DNA of 63,134 nt, filler included. It is 9 parts of 9 records of this genome, joined end to end, with 100 filler letters (N's around TTAATTAATTAA, not from the genome) between each part and the next. Parts side by side here need not be neighbours in the genome. Positions count along the whole stretch, not along the records: positions 1 to 11,032 come from SRR31147125_111392; 8 more parts are not named here. One strand, 5' to 3'. A program made the translations under genes and the position numbers. Under the pieces are notes generated by a model. The model was given only the letters and a program-made list of their open reading frames with translations. It had not been told where the DNA came from and searched no databases. Shown here piece by piece: positions 1-9,952 of the stretch (the first letter of the stretch is position 1; each line of letters begins with the position of its first letter).

Positions 1-1428
1 TGGCTGATGCACCAATTCATGTCCCCGACGATTAATACGAGAACGGACGAATATGGCGGCAGCTTTGAAAACAGGATGCGCTTTCCCCTGGAGATCATTG
101 CCGCAGTGCGTGCGGCGGTCGGCCCGGGCTTTCCCATTGAGATACGTATCAGCGGCTCGGAGTGCTATGCGGGCGGATACGGTATTGATTACGGTGTGGA
201 GATTGCAAAGGCACTTGACGGAAAAGTCGATTTGATCCATGTTTCGGCAGGCAGTCACGAGGACCCGCGTGTTTTTACCGTGACACATCCGAGTATGTTT
301 TTGGAAGACGGCGTCAACGTGAAATACGCTGCCGAGATCAAAAAGCATGTCAAGCATTCAAAGGTTGCAACAGTCGGTGCGCTGTCCAACCCGGCGCTTT
401 TAGAGGAGATTATCAAATCGGGCAAAGCGGACGTTGTAGAGTTGGCGCGCGGTCTTATCTGCGACCCGGACCTGCCTGTTAAGGCGCGTGCCGGAAAAGA
501 CGACGAGATTACAACGTGTATGCGATGCTTTGCGTGCTTTTCAAACCTTATGACAAAGGGGCATATCATCTGCGCCCTAAACCCTGAAATCAGTAACGAG
601 GCCGAAATCAAGTTTGAACGTCCGGCAGCGAAGCAAAAGACTGTTTTGATTGCCGGCGGCGGTATCGGCGGCATGCAGGCGGCGTTGTCCTGTAAACAGC
701 GCGGCCACCGCGTGATTCTCTGTGAGAAGACCGAACAACTCGGCGGCGTTCTGCGCTGCGAAGGCCAGGTTCCGTTTAAACAGCATCTGCACGAATATCT
801 GGATCATCAGGCACTTATGATATCCCGGTCGGCCATCGATGTGCGCCTGAATACAGAGGTGACGGCGGAGCTGGCGGAGAGCATCGGGCCCGATGCGATC
901 ATCGCCGCGCTCGGCTCAAAGCCCCTTATTCCGAATATCAAGGGCATTGACGGGCCGAACGTGATCGGCGCGGAAGAGCTATACATCAATCCTAAGAAAG
1001 CAGGAAAGCGGATTGTTATCCTGGGCGGTGGACTTGTCGGCAGTGAGCTAGCGATCTATATGGGTGATAAGGGGCATGCGGTGACGATACTCGAAATGTG
1101 CCCGAGCCTTAACGACGGGGGTAATATTCTGCAGGGGCAGTCTATTCATATCGAGCTTGAGCGCATAGGGGTCAAGCTGGCGCTCGGCACAAAGGCACTG
1201 GAGATTAATAATAAGGGCGTTTTGGGAGAAAGCGCTGACGGTACAAGGCTTTATGAAGCGGATACCGTTGTGTGTGCCGTCGGGATGAAGCCGCTGCGGG
1301 AACAGGCGGACAAGCTGCGCTTCTGTGCCCCGGAGTTTTACCAGATTGGAGACTGTGTGACGCCGAAAAACATCACAGAGGCGACACGGAGCGCCTATTT
1401 TGCGGCATTGGATCTGGGACGGTTTTGA
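1..1428 (+). CDS. NADH:flavin oxidoreductase (Fe-S OYE / 2,4-dienoyl-CoA reductase-like), 5'-truncated by window edge
   Basis: RTDEYGGSFENRMRF OYE motif, Fe-S motif CMRCFAC...C, two GxGxxG Rossmann motifs. The frame is open from base 1 (WLMHQFMSP). Confidence 0.92.
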   Translation, partial: WLMHQFMSPTINTRTDEYGGSFENRMRFPLEIIAAVRAAVGPGFPIEIRISGSECYAGGYGIDYGVEIAKALDGKVDLIHVSAGSHEDPRVFTVTHPSMFLEDGVNVKYAAEIKKHVKHSKVATVGALSNPALLEEIIKSGKADVVELARGLICDPDLPVKARAGKDDEITTCMRCFACFSNLMTKGHIICALNPEISNEAEIKFERPAAKQKTVLIAGGGIGGMQAALSCKQRGHRVILCEKTEQLGGVLRCEGQVPFKQHLHEYLDHQALMISRSAIDVRLNTEVTAELAESIGPDAIIAALGSKPLIPNIKGIDGPNVIGAEELYINPKKAGKRIVILGGGLVGSELAIYMGDKGHAVTILEMCPSLNDGGNILQGQSIHIELERIGVKLALGTKALEINNKGVLGESADGTRLYEADTVVCAVGMKPLREQADKLRFCAPEFYQIGDCVTPKNITEATRSAYFAALDLGRF

Positions 1429-1540
1429 TAATAGTTTAAGAAGAGAACCGTCGGTTTTGGCATTTGTCTAAGCCGACTGTTGTTACGAAATATCAACAAA
1501 CGCAGTTGCTTTGATGCAGCCTATGAATAAGAATGAAGCA

Positions 1541-1582
1541 ACAGGGCACCCCTAGGATAAATCGGGATGCCCTGTTTCTTTT
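1541..1582. terminator. Probable bidirectional intrinsic terminator between convergent genes
   Basis: ACAGGGCA-CCC...GGG-A-TGCCCTGT stem followed by TTCTTTT. Confidence 0.65.
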
Positions 1583-1606
1583 AATAAGGTGATTTAAGAA
1601 TGGTAA

Positions 1607-2818
1607 CTAGCCTTCAACTTCAAAAGGGGCGCGTTCTTTAAGATCAGCCAAAAATTCAGTGTAATTATCAACAGTCAGCATGGTGTTAGCAACGACCACG
1701 TTAGCGTAAGTATCGCCATCTGCCTTATAATCCGGCCAAATAGTTTCAGGTGTAGCAAGACCGTCGATGAGAGCAATTACACCGAGCATGATCGGCTCTG
1801 TGAAAAACTCCATCGGGCAAGTCAGTGCGGCAACCCAGCAGCCTTCATAACCGGCATCCCACTGACTGAACAGCGTTGTGCCATCCTGGCTGGCAACAAG
1901 AGCGTTTTCAGTTGTTTTGCCTAGTGTTTCAACCGCACTGGCAGCACCGGCTCCATAGGGTTCGCAGCAGGTTGAAATAAGCCAGTATTTAATATTTGAT
2001 TTGCTTGAAATAGTAGTGGAGACAAGGTTGTATGCCACTTCGGCATCAAAGGTGTTACCGGCGGCATCAGCAACGAAGTAGTTGTCCATATTAAATCCAT
2101 TTGCCGATAGATACTCCGATACGCCAGTTTCAGACTGATGTACATTTTCAATAACCGAATAATCAACGTGGATATAACCGATATCGTTGATATCAACGTC
2201 ACTTGAGAAGTAGTTTTCATAATTTGTCATGAGCCACTTGGCAAGCTCGCGTCCGCTTCCCACACTGTCCATAGAAGCGCCTATCCACATCATGCTTCCG
2301 TCAGGATTTTTCAGCGGTGCGGTCGCAGTGGTCCAGGCTGTAATTCCAAGCTCGTTTGTTAACTCCACAGTACGATCGCCGGTTGTTGGATCGCCGTCTA
2401 AAATATAACCGTCGCATTTCTGGGCGGCATATGTTTCAAGAAGATTGTAGAACTGATCCATATCTTGCGCATCAACGGTTGAATAATCGACGTTGGTTAC
2501 AGACGCCCAGCCTTCAAAATTGTTGTTCATAAGCGCACCGAATGTCCCGCATTGATAAGTGATATACACAATTTTGTACGGGTCTCTGCTGTAGTAATCA
2601 GCATCTGGATCATACCATCCGATTTTTGAATATTCGGTAGTGTCTGCTTCTGTCGAAGCATCAGCGGATGCGTCAGGTGAGGATGTGTCGTCTTCGGCTG
2701 TTACTGCTGCGCTATCGCTTGGACCTGAGGTGCTGTCTGATGTAGTGTCGGAACCGCTGCAGGCAAACAAGGTTAGTGCCAGTACCAGAACAAGGAATAA
2801 TGCAAGGAATTTTTTCAT
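1607..2818 (-). CDS. Solute-binding lipoprotein (periplasmic-binding-protein type I / sugar-binding-like)
   Basis: Start MKKFLALFLVLVLALTLFAC (lipobox LFAC) with GGAGG RBS at 2826-2830; Ser/Thr/Asp-rich linker; PBP1-like body. No permease gene adjacent. Confidence 0.75.
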   Translation of the reverse strand: MKKFLALFLVLVLALTLFACSGSDTTSDSTSGPSDSAAVTAEDDTSSPDASADASTEADTTEYSKIGWYDPDADYYSRDPYKIVYITYQCGTFGALMNNNFEGWASVTNVDYSTVDAQDMDQFYNLLETYAAQKCDGYILDGDPTTGDRTVELTNELGITAWTTATAPLKNPDGSMMWIGASMDSVGSGRELAKWLMTNYENYFSSDVDINDIGYIHVDYSVIENVHQSETGVSEYLSANGFNMDNYFVADAAGNTFDAEVAYNLVSTTISSKSNIKYWLISTCCEPYGAGAASAVETLGKTTENALVASQDGTTLFSQWDAGYEGCWVAALTCPMEFFTEPIMLGVIALIDGLATPETIWPDYKADGDTYANVVVANTMLTVDNYTEFLADLKERAPFEVEG

Positions 2819-3193
2819 TTTATTACCTCCATTAATTGTTGAAATTAACTGATGAAGTGCAGGCTGCTCTTTTATGTTAGCATAGATGCTTGAAAAGCAA
2901 TAATACAAAAAACTTTGGGCTATATAAACAAAAATTATAAAGCATGCATGCAACATCATTTATCATTACTGACTAAGGCTGCTTGCCCCCTAGTCAAGAT
3001 GATTTCCAATATGAATTTGCCTTTAAGAAGCAGCAGCCCGAGTGTTATAAGGGGATTAAAACATTTTGTTAATCAGGCTACTGTTAATTTCTATAAGCAA
3101 CGCCTAGATTTAACGTCTGCGTTTCCTGTATGATTATAGTGTTCCAACGGCAGAAATTTTGCAGAAGACACAAATGTTTGATAAGGAGTTTCT

Positions 3194-5125
3194 ATGAATT
3201 TTGATTATCTGTTTACGCCGCTCAGGATTGGCATCTGTGAGATACCAAATCGGTTAACAGTCACTGCAATGGCAACCAATCTCTGTACGGAAGACGGTCT
3301 GGCTACCGATCGTTATATTAAATACCACGAGGAGCGGGCTAAAGGCGGATGGGGCTTGATTATTACCGAAAATTATGCCGTAAATGAGCACGCAATGGCT
3401 TTTCAGGGCATTGGCGGTATGTGGAAGGAAGAGCACATCCAAAGCCACCGACAGCTAACCGATTGTATCCATCGGCAACAAACAAAGATATTCTGCCAGA
3501 TATATCACGCGGGACGTCAGACATTTTCCCTTGTTAACGGTGGCGTGCAGCCTGTCGCACCGTCTCCAATTGCCTGTCCCGTCAATCGTGAGATGCCGCG
3601 GGAACTGACGACGGATGAGATACACGAGCTGGTAAAGGATTTCGGAGCCGCGGCGTATCGCGTCAAACAGGCGGGCTTCGACGGCCTTGAGCTGCACGCA
3701 GGAAACGGGTATCTGATATCCGGCTTTATGTCCTTTTATGAAAACAGGCGAACAGATGATTACGGAGGATGCTTCACAAACCGAATGCGGTTTTTACGAG
3801 AAATCTATGAGGAGATCCGTGACAAGGTTGGGGCGGATTTTCCGATTTCCGTACGCTTTTCAGCCGACGAGCATGAGCTGGGCGGCCGCGATCTTGCGGA
3901 AGCGCGCATGGTGGCGCAATATTTGGAGGAGCTTGGCGTCAATATGATCAATTGCTCTAACGGTACGTACGGCTCGTATAACCTCAGCCAGGTATCTACA
4001 AATTTTATGCCGCACGGCTGGACGATCCAGAATGCGTCAGAGCTGAAAAAAGCCGTGAAAATACCCGTTCTTGGTGTGAACCGTATTACCGATCCACTGA
4101 TGGCAGAGCAATTTTTATCTATGGGTTTTTGCGATCTGGTCGGTATGGCCCGGGAATCTCTGGCCGATCCCTGGATGCCTAAAAAAGCCCGGGAAGGTAA
4201 GTTTGCTGAAATACGAACCTGCATCGGATGCTTGCAGGGTTGTATCGGCTCAATGATCATCGGTCAGCCATGCCGCTGTCTTGTCAACCCGGAGATGGGA
4301 CATGAGTATGAATATACGTTTTCTGAGAAAACAACGCCGAAAAACGTGCTCGTAATCGGCGGTGGCGTGGCCGGCATGGAGGCTGCTGTGGCAGCAACCA
4401 GGAGAGGGCATCATGTGACGCTATGGGAGAAAAGTGACAGACTTGGCGGGCAGTTCGTTTCGGCTGCGTATCCTCCTGGAAAAGGCGAGTATTCAACGTA
4501 TTTAAGCTGCTTGAGTGGCGATTTAAAGAAGTACGGTGTTACCGTTGAAATGAATACTGAGGCGACAGCTGAGAAAATCGAGGCTTCCAAGGCAGATAAG
4601 GTTATCTTGGCGACAGGCGCCGTCCCGAATCATCCGAATATTCCCGGGATCGATGGGCCAAACGTCGTATTCGCAGAAAATGTTTTGCTGGGCAAGGCTG
4701 TGGTCGAAGGCCGGATTGTCGTTGCCGGAGGTGGAGAAACCGGGCTTGAGACGGCGATTTATTTGGCTTTCTCGGAGCGCGGCGATATCAGTATCGTTAC
4801 GAGTCTTAACAGGGTTGCCAATGACTGTGACGGTGTCAAGCGTGTTCAGATAATGAAAATTGCCGCGGAGCGGGGTATCCGATACATAACGCAGACGAAC
4901 CTCAAAGAAATTCGTGAAAGCGCCGTCGTTTTGGAAAAGGACGGCACGAGCTGGACGGAACCCTGTGACGCTGTTGTGATTGCGAAAGGGTATCATTCAA
5001 ATAACGCGCTTGCGAAGGAACTGGACTTTATGGGAGATAAGCTGATGGTTGTAGGCGATGCTGCTAAAGCAACCAATGCACTCGAAGCGTCTACATCCGG
5101 TTTTGCTGCCGGATATTATGCTTGA
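3194..5125 (+). CDS. NADH:flavin oxidoreductase (Fe-S OYE, BaiCD/BaiH/FadH-like architecture)
   Basis: ERAKGGWGLIITE, QIYHAGRQT, ELHAGNGYLI, RTDDYGG, CIGCLQGC...C, GGGVAG. AAGGAG RBS. Confidence 0.93.
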   Translation: MNFDYLFTPLRIGICEIPNRLTVTAMATNLCTEDGLATDRYIKYHEERAKGGWGLIITENYAVNEHAMAFQGIGGMWKEEHIQSHRQLTDCIHRQQTKIFCQIYHAGRQTFSLVNGGVQPVAPSPIACPVNREMPRELTTDEIHELVKDFGAAAYRVKQAGFDGLELHAGNGYLISGFMSFYENRRTDDYGGCFTNRMRFLREIYEEIRDKVGADFPISVRFSADEHELGGRDLAEARMVAQYLEELGVNMINCSNGTYGSYNLSQVSTNFMPHGWTIQNASELKKAVKIPVLGVNRITDPLMAEQFLSMGFCDLVGMARESLADPWMPKKAREGKFAEIRTCIGCLQGCIGSMIIGQPCRCLVNPEMGHEYEYTFSEKTTPKNVLVIGGGVAGMEAAVAATRRGHHVTLWEKSDRLGGQFVSAAYPPGKGEYSTYLSCLSGDLKKYGVTVEMNTEATAEKIEASKADKVILATGAVPNHPNIPGIDGPNVVFAENVLLGKAVVEGRIVVAGGGETGLETAIYLAFSERGDISIVTSLNRVANDCDGVKRVQIMKIAAERGIRYITQTNLKEIRESAVVLEKDGTSWTEPCDAVVIAKGYHSNNALAKELDFMGDKLMVVGDAAKATNALEASTSGFAAGYYA

Positions 5126-5157
5126 GAATGCAGAGAACATAGGGGCTAATGTAAATT

Positions 5158-5179
5158 GTGGGGAGCGGTAGCTCCCCAC
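5158..5179 (+). other. GC-rich intercistronic hairpin without U-tract
   Basis: GTGGGGAGC-GGTA-GCTCCCCAC perfect 9-bp stem between the OYE and AKR genes. Confidence 0.5.
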
Positions 5180-5219
5180 GCAATTATTGTAGGCAAACCA
5201 AGGAACTGAGGAAGTGTAG

Positions 5220-6359
5220 ATGAAGTTTCGAAATTTCGGAAAACTCGAATGGCAAGTTTCTGAGCTGTCTGCCGGCATTTTGAGGCTTGAAGATGTTGCT
5301 GATCAACGAAATGTTGACTATACAGAACGTGTTGCCGCGCTGTGCTATGCAATTGACCAAGGCGTAAATTATATTAATTTGGGCTTTCCGTTTTATTTTG
5401 ACTATCCGCAAAAAGTATGTGCGCACTTTAAAAAAGCGTTGGCGAACGGTTACCGGGAAAAGGTCAAGCTGGCGGTCAATGTACCCACACGTGATATACA
5501 GAGCATTGAGGATTTGGACCGGTCGCTGGACAAACAGCTGAAATGGTTTGGTATCGAAAAAGCCGACTTCTGTATCTTGGACTGGGTATACCGCGAAACG
5601 TGGGATAAGCTCAAGACGCTTGATGTGGCGGCATGGGCAAAGGAGGTCGTGGATTCGGGCAGAGCAGATTTCATGGGATTAACGTTTCATGACGATGCAC
5701 ATTATCTCAAAGACATCAACGATGTTTATCCAGAATGGGCTGTGATACAGCTGGAGCTGAGTGTTTTGGATGCCAAACATCATCCTGGCGTTGGCGGGTT
5801 CGCGTATACAGAACAATATGGAAATGCGGTAATAGCCACAGATAGTACTAAAGCCGGACGCCTGTTGAAAAATATACCGCCAGAGGTGCAGGAAATTTGG
5901 GACAGCTCGGAACATAAACGCACGGCTGCGGAATGGTGCTTGCGCTGGGTGCTCAATTTGCCGGAGATATCCTCTGCACTTATTGATTTTGAAACGATGG
6001 ATCAGGTCAAAGCATATATGTCGTATATAGAATCATTTCAGGAGGGGGATGCGGATATTTGGGAAACCCTTCGCGCTTCAAAAATCAGAGATGCGTATTA
6101 TGCCAACCGGACTGTGCTATGTACGGCGTGCCGTTGCTGTATGCCCTGTCCATTGGGGATTGACGTTCCGCGTATCCTTGAGCTTTATAATGACAGCGTT
6201 ATATATAACGCTGACCGAATCCCAAAAATTCTATATAATCTTGAAGGTCATCAAAATAGAAGCTGTGTTCAGTGTGACTTGTGTGAAAAAAATTGCCCCA
6301 AGCATTTTCCGCTTAAAGCCACGATCGAAAAAGCAGCTAAGACCTTAAGCATATTATAA
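5220..6359 (+). CDS. Aldo/keto reductase-family protein with C-terminal 4Fe-4S dicluster; catalytic residues appear degenerate
   Basis: MKFRNFGKL N-terminus, AIDQGVNY, GLTFHD, AEWCLRW, CTACRCCMPCP and CVQCDLCEKNCP. Confidence 0.85.
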   Translation: MKFRNFGKLEWQVSELSAGILRLEDVADQRNVDYTERVAALCYAIDQGVNYINLGFPFYFDYPQKVCAHFKKALANGYREKVKLAVNVPTRDIQSIEDLDRSLDKQLKWFGIEKADFCILDWVYRETWDKLKTLDVAAWAKEVVDSGRADFMGLTFHDDAHYLKDINDVYPEWAVIQLELSVLDAKHHPGVGGFAYTEQYGNAVIATDSTKAGRLLKNIPPEVQEIWDSSEHKRTAAEWCLRWVLNLPEISSALIDFETMDQVKAYMSYIESFQEGDADIWETLRASKIRDAYYANRTVLCTACRCCMPCPLGIDVPRILELYNDSVIYNADRIPKILYNLEGHQNRSCVQCDLCEKNCPKHFPLKATIEKAAKTLSIL

Positions 6360-6368
6360 TTTGATCTC

Positions 6369-6418
6369 TATAAGATGCAGGGGCGCCACTGCTTGAAGTG
6401 GCGCCCCTGTATCTTATA
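6369..6418. terminator. Bidirectional terminator hairpin between convergent genes
   Basis: TATAAGATGCAGGGGCGCCACT-GCTTGA-AGTGGCGCCCCTGTATCTTATA long inverted repeat. Confidence 0.8.
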
Positions 6419-6450
6419 TTTGTAAAGGAGGGAAAGTGTAAAAGAATAAC

Positions 6451-7476
6451 TCAGTCCTCGTACTCAGTTTTGCTCCCGTCACGGCTTTTCCAGGGAGAAT
6501 CGTGTGTGCTGTCCAGATCAAAAACCATAAAGCCAAAAGGCCGGTCTACCCAGCGTGTTGTTTGAGGCAGATGAGAAAAGCCTTTCGGCATAACATAAGC
6601 TGTCGGTGTGGAGCAGGCATAGCGCTCGTCTTCTTCTCCCAAAGCTGTTTCGCATTCAGCGCCCAGATTAAACGGATCATCAGCGTCGAGACTGATGTAA
6701 ACTAGAACCTCTTCGGTGGGATGGCTGTGAGATTCGCCGGCTTTATGCCAGATGCCGGGGTCGGTATAATGGCCGAACAGTGTATTGAGCTCAAAGCCCT
6801 GCAATAATTCTCCGAACATCCAGATAATGTTTTCAGCGTTGCCGGGGCCTTTATCCCCCCTGTTTCTGGGGTGTGATACGCCGCGGGCATCGAGGTTGCT
6901 CTTAACTACGGTTTGAGTTTCTTCGGGATTGCCGTATTTATCCATAATTCGAAGGCCTGTTGCGGGATCAACGTACCACTTATATACACGGCAGTAATCA
7001 CTGTATTTTGCGCTGTCGGTTACTGGGGAACCAAGGTCGGATGCCGGAATCTTCTGGGCACTGTATGCGGAATCGAGCGAAAAGACGTAATGTACAAACG
7101 GACGTTTTACGTTATTGACTCTTACCGGTCCATGCGGTGTGCCTTTTGGTATGCACACGATCTGAGTCTGATCAAAGGTATAGGTTTCTCGTTCGCTGCC
7201 GATTTCAATTGAGACCTCCGCGCCAAGGTCGAGCATATCTTTGACGTCGGTTGAGGCAAAAACCAGAACCTCATCGTATGGGTGTACAAGCATTCCCTCT
7301 ACGGGATGGAACGTACAGGGCTCTTTTATGTACGCCAGGCAAAGACTGCCGTTAAACCCGGCCAGATCCTTATTGCCTTCCATCCAAAACAGTGGGAAAG
7401 GATATAAACCTTCCGGCCCCTCTCGCCAGATCAGCGGCTTTTCAAGGTGCTGGTGGATGCGTGATTTCTGTGCCAT
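6451..7476 (-). CDS. Uncharacterised bicupin (two tandem cupin-like domains)
   Basis: Internal duplication: HPYDEVLVF..LGAE..IPKGTPHGP and HSHPTEEVLVY..LGAE..MPKGFSHLP. AGGAGG RBS. Confidence 0.75.
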   Translation of the reverse strand: MAQKSRIHQHLEKPLIWREGPEGLYPFPLFWMEGNKDLAGFNGSLCLAYIKEPCTFHPVEGMLVHPYDEVLVFASTDVKDMLDLGAEVSIEIGSERETYTFDQTQIVCIPKGTPHGPVRVNNVKRPFVHYVFSLDSAYSAQKIPASDLGSPVTDSAKYSDYCRVYKWYVDPATGLRIMDKYGNPEETQTVVKSNLDARGVSHPRNRGDKGPGNAENIIWMFGELLQGFELNTLFGHYTDPGIWHKAGESHSHPTEEVLVYISLDADDPFNLGAECETALGEEDERYACSTPTAYVMPKGFSHLPQTTRWVDRPFGFMVFDLDSTHDSPWKSRDGSKTEYED

Positions 7477-7727
7477 GATAATCCTCCTGGTTTATGTAAT
7501 GGTTGTTGCTATAAACGCTTGAAGCTTCTAAGAAAAGTATACAGAATCAGGTTTTACATGTCCATTGAAATGCGCCTGCGCACTTATAGAAATAAGAAGG
7601 CTTTTTATAATAAAATATTATTATAAGGTTTTGATTTAATGTAATGCATTACAGCTTGGGTGGCGTAAGGCCCAGTTGGTTTTGGCGTTTATGGAAAAAG
7701 TCCGGTTTGACATGAAAAGCGCTAATA

Positions 7728-7760
7728 AGAAATACCGTCCCTGTTAGGGACGGTATTTCT
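7728..7760 (-). terminator. Intrinsic terminator downstream of the chemoreceptor gene
   Basis: AGAAATACCGTCCCT-GTT-AGGGACGGTATTTCT perfect 15-bp stem. Confidence 0.75.
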
Positions 7761-7847
7761 GTTGGCAGGGGATAAAGTGGGGTGTGGAGGAAAAGGTAAT
7801 GGAAATTAGCATTATGTATTTGCGCGAATACGTGCGGTCTATTCAAA

Positions 7848-8675
7848 TCAGGTGATCTTGGATTGCTCAAGCATTGCCTGCGAGCTAGAGGTGATATCTG
7901 AAAGAAAGCCCATGATCTGCTCCGTATCGGAAGCTTGCTTGACGGCGATTTCACTTGTTCCGTTGATTTCATTCAGAATCTCGTGGATGGCCGACTTCAT
8001 TTTATGCAGTAGTTCGGAGATTTTATTGGCTGCGTCTTCGCTCGTTTGTGATAGTCGGCGCATTTCCTCCGAAACGACCGCGAAGCCCTTCCCCGCCGTG
8101 CCGGCTCTGGCCGCTTCAACGGCAGCGTTGAGCGCCAGAATATTCGACTGCAGAGAAATATCCTTGATGGATTTTATCAGCGTATCTGTTTCGTTGATAT
8201 TTTCTTCCGTATTCTCGGAGGAAGCTACAATTTTATTCATGGAAGAAGATATCGCATGCGAATTATCCGAAAGGTTACTTATGGTTGCCTGGACTTCCTG
8301 CAAAGAGTTGAATACTTTTGCGGCTGCTTCTTCTACTTTGCTTTGTTTATCAAGACTTTTAGCCACGCCGACGGAGCCGACAACAGTTCCTGACGCGTCT
8401 TTGATCGGGAAAGAAATGCCTTTGAACGGGAAGCCAAACAGCTCTTTTGATACGATGACACTTGAAGTAGTGCCTTCCTGCATTGCTATATGCAGCGGAT
8501 CCTCATTGGACACCACTTTACCGACGTGATTTTTGAGATCAATTGTATTTCCGGGGGTGTATAGAATATATTTTTCGGCATCCGTTACGCAAACTGCAAC
8601 ATCTTCCATCATGATGTTTTTAAGATTGGGAATTACCTGCATATAAGCTTCTAACAGTTCGGACAAATTCATCAT
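7848..8675 (-). CDS. Soluble methyl-accepting chemotaxis protein (YfmS-like)
   Basis: [34 protein letters not shown] signalling hairpin; small N-terminal sensor domain; no TM helix. Confidence 0.9.
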   Translation of the reverse strand: MMNLSELLEAYMQVIPNLKNIMMEDVAVCVTDAEKYILYTPGNTIDLKNHVGKVVSNEDPLHIAMQEGTTSSVIVSKELFGFPFKGISFPIKDASGTVVGSVGVAKSLDKQSKVEEAAAKVFNSLQEVQATISNLSDNSHAISSSMNKIVASSENTEENINETDTLIKSIKDISLQSNILALNAAVEAARAGTAGKGFAVVSEEMRRLSQTSEDAANKISELLHKMKSAIHEILNEINGTSEIAVKQASDTEQIMGFLSDITSSSQAMLEQSKIT

Positions 8676-8777
8676 CTCTTCTTTGTTAGTTATCTGTATT
8701 ATGAGAAAAGCGCCTCTCGAATGCGGAGACAGTCTTCTCTTGGTTAGGAGAGCGGAGAAGTTGAGGAAAGAATAATC

Positions 8778-9773
8778 TTAACTATTTTGTGCAAGCCATT
8801 CGGCGCCGTATTTATTGCTTTCATCAATGACGATTTCTGTGACGCCTGGATTAAGACATAAAATGCTGGCAATACAGGGGAGGAACGCACCACCCGGAGC
8901 ATATGTATCGATAGCCCGCCGGACCTCGGCTCGGATCGTTTCTTCCGTCGTTTCGGCATGGTCAATAAGCGTTTGGTCAATACCGCCGAGCAAAAGGAGC
9001 TTGCCCTGTGTGTGCGCCTTAATAAGGTTGATGTCGTTGGCGGGAATAACACCCTGCCACATATCGATGCCCATATCCACCATGTCGGTCTCTAAGCCTT
9101 GGCAATAGCAGTCGGCATGATGCTGCACAAGAACGCCTCTGCTTTTGACATAATCGTATAGGCGTGTGTAATGCGGCTTTAAAACCTTGCGGAATACGGC
9201 CGGAGACATGAAAAGGCTCGTTTTTGATCCCCAGTCGTCATGGAAATGGATGATGTCGGGCTGCAAATTGTCAATCAGCAGTTGGGCGGCCTTAATCTTC
9301 CAGTCGGTTAGCGCGCCAAACAAATCATACAGAATCTCCGGCTCTTCCGATAATCCGCATAGGATTTCGTCAAACGGCATCAGCGCATGCGCGCGCTCAA
9401 ACGGCCCGTAGAAGCTGGCCACCATGATCAGCGTCGTGTCTCGGTCCACAGCATCCACCTGAGCCTTCGCATCCGACCAGTCCAGGCTATCAAGCGAAGG
9501 GAATGTAACATAGTCGCGCCAGTTTTCAAGCTCTTTAATAACCTTGTTTTGCTGATTTACCATTGGGATGGCGCCCGGGTCTGTCGGCAGATGCCGCCAG
9601 GTGGCGCCCCAAAGATCGATATAGGATTCGCCGGTTAAAGCGGCATCTAGCATGGTTATGGGATCCCAGATGACGGGAAAGCCATTATTGACATAGGCGT
9701 TGAAGGTGTAGCCCATCCATTGGGGCGGCTGCTCGTTTCGAAGAGCGGAGAGGAATTGTTCTTTTGGGTTCAT
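8778..9773 (-). CDS. UroD/MtaA-family corrinoid methyltransferase (aryl-methyl-ether O-demethylase MT1-like)
   Basis: DLWGATW, GPFERAHALMPF, HDDWGSKTSLFMSP, LLGGID, YAPGGAF. Confidence 0.8.
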   Translation of the reverse strand: MNPKEQFLSALRNEQPPQWMGYTFNAYVNNGFPVIWDPITMLDAALTGESYIDLWGATWRHLPTDPGAIPMVNQQNKVIKELENWRDYVTFPSLDSLDWSDAKAQVDAVDRDTTLIMVASFYGPFERAHALMPFDEILCGLSEEPEILYDLFGALTDWKIKAAQLLIDNLQPDIIHFHDDWGSKTSLFMSPAVFRKVLKPHYTRLYDYVKSRGVLVQHHADCYCQGLETDMVDMGIDMWQGVIPANDINLIKAHTQGKLLLLGGIDQTLIDHAETTEETIRAEVRRAIDTYAPGGAFLPCIASILCLNPGVTEIVIDESNKYGAEWLAQNS

Positions 9774-9888
9774 CGTCTAAACCTTTCCTTACTAAGTTAC
9801 CATGTTTATTGACGTAAATTGAGCGGCATGCGCGATCCGCTAAAGCTCTGATCCGGCGCGCTCTTGTATGCGGATGTAAGAGTTATCC

Positions 9889-9930
9889 CGAGTGCCGGAG
9901 GTTAATGCCTTATATGTACCTCCGGCACTT
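9889..9930 (-). terminator. Hairpin (terminator-like) after the transporter gene
   Basis: AGTGCCGGAGGT...ACCTCCGGCACT 12-bp stem. Confidence 0.55.
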
Positions 9931-9952
9931 GAGCTTTTATAAACGACCCGTT

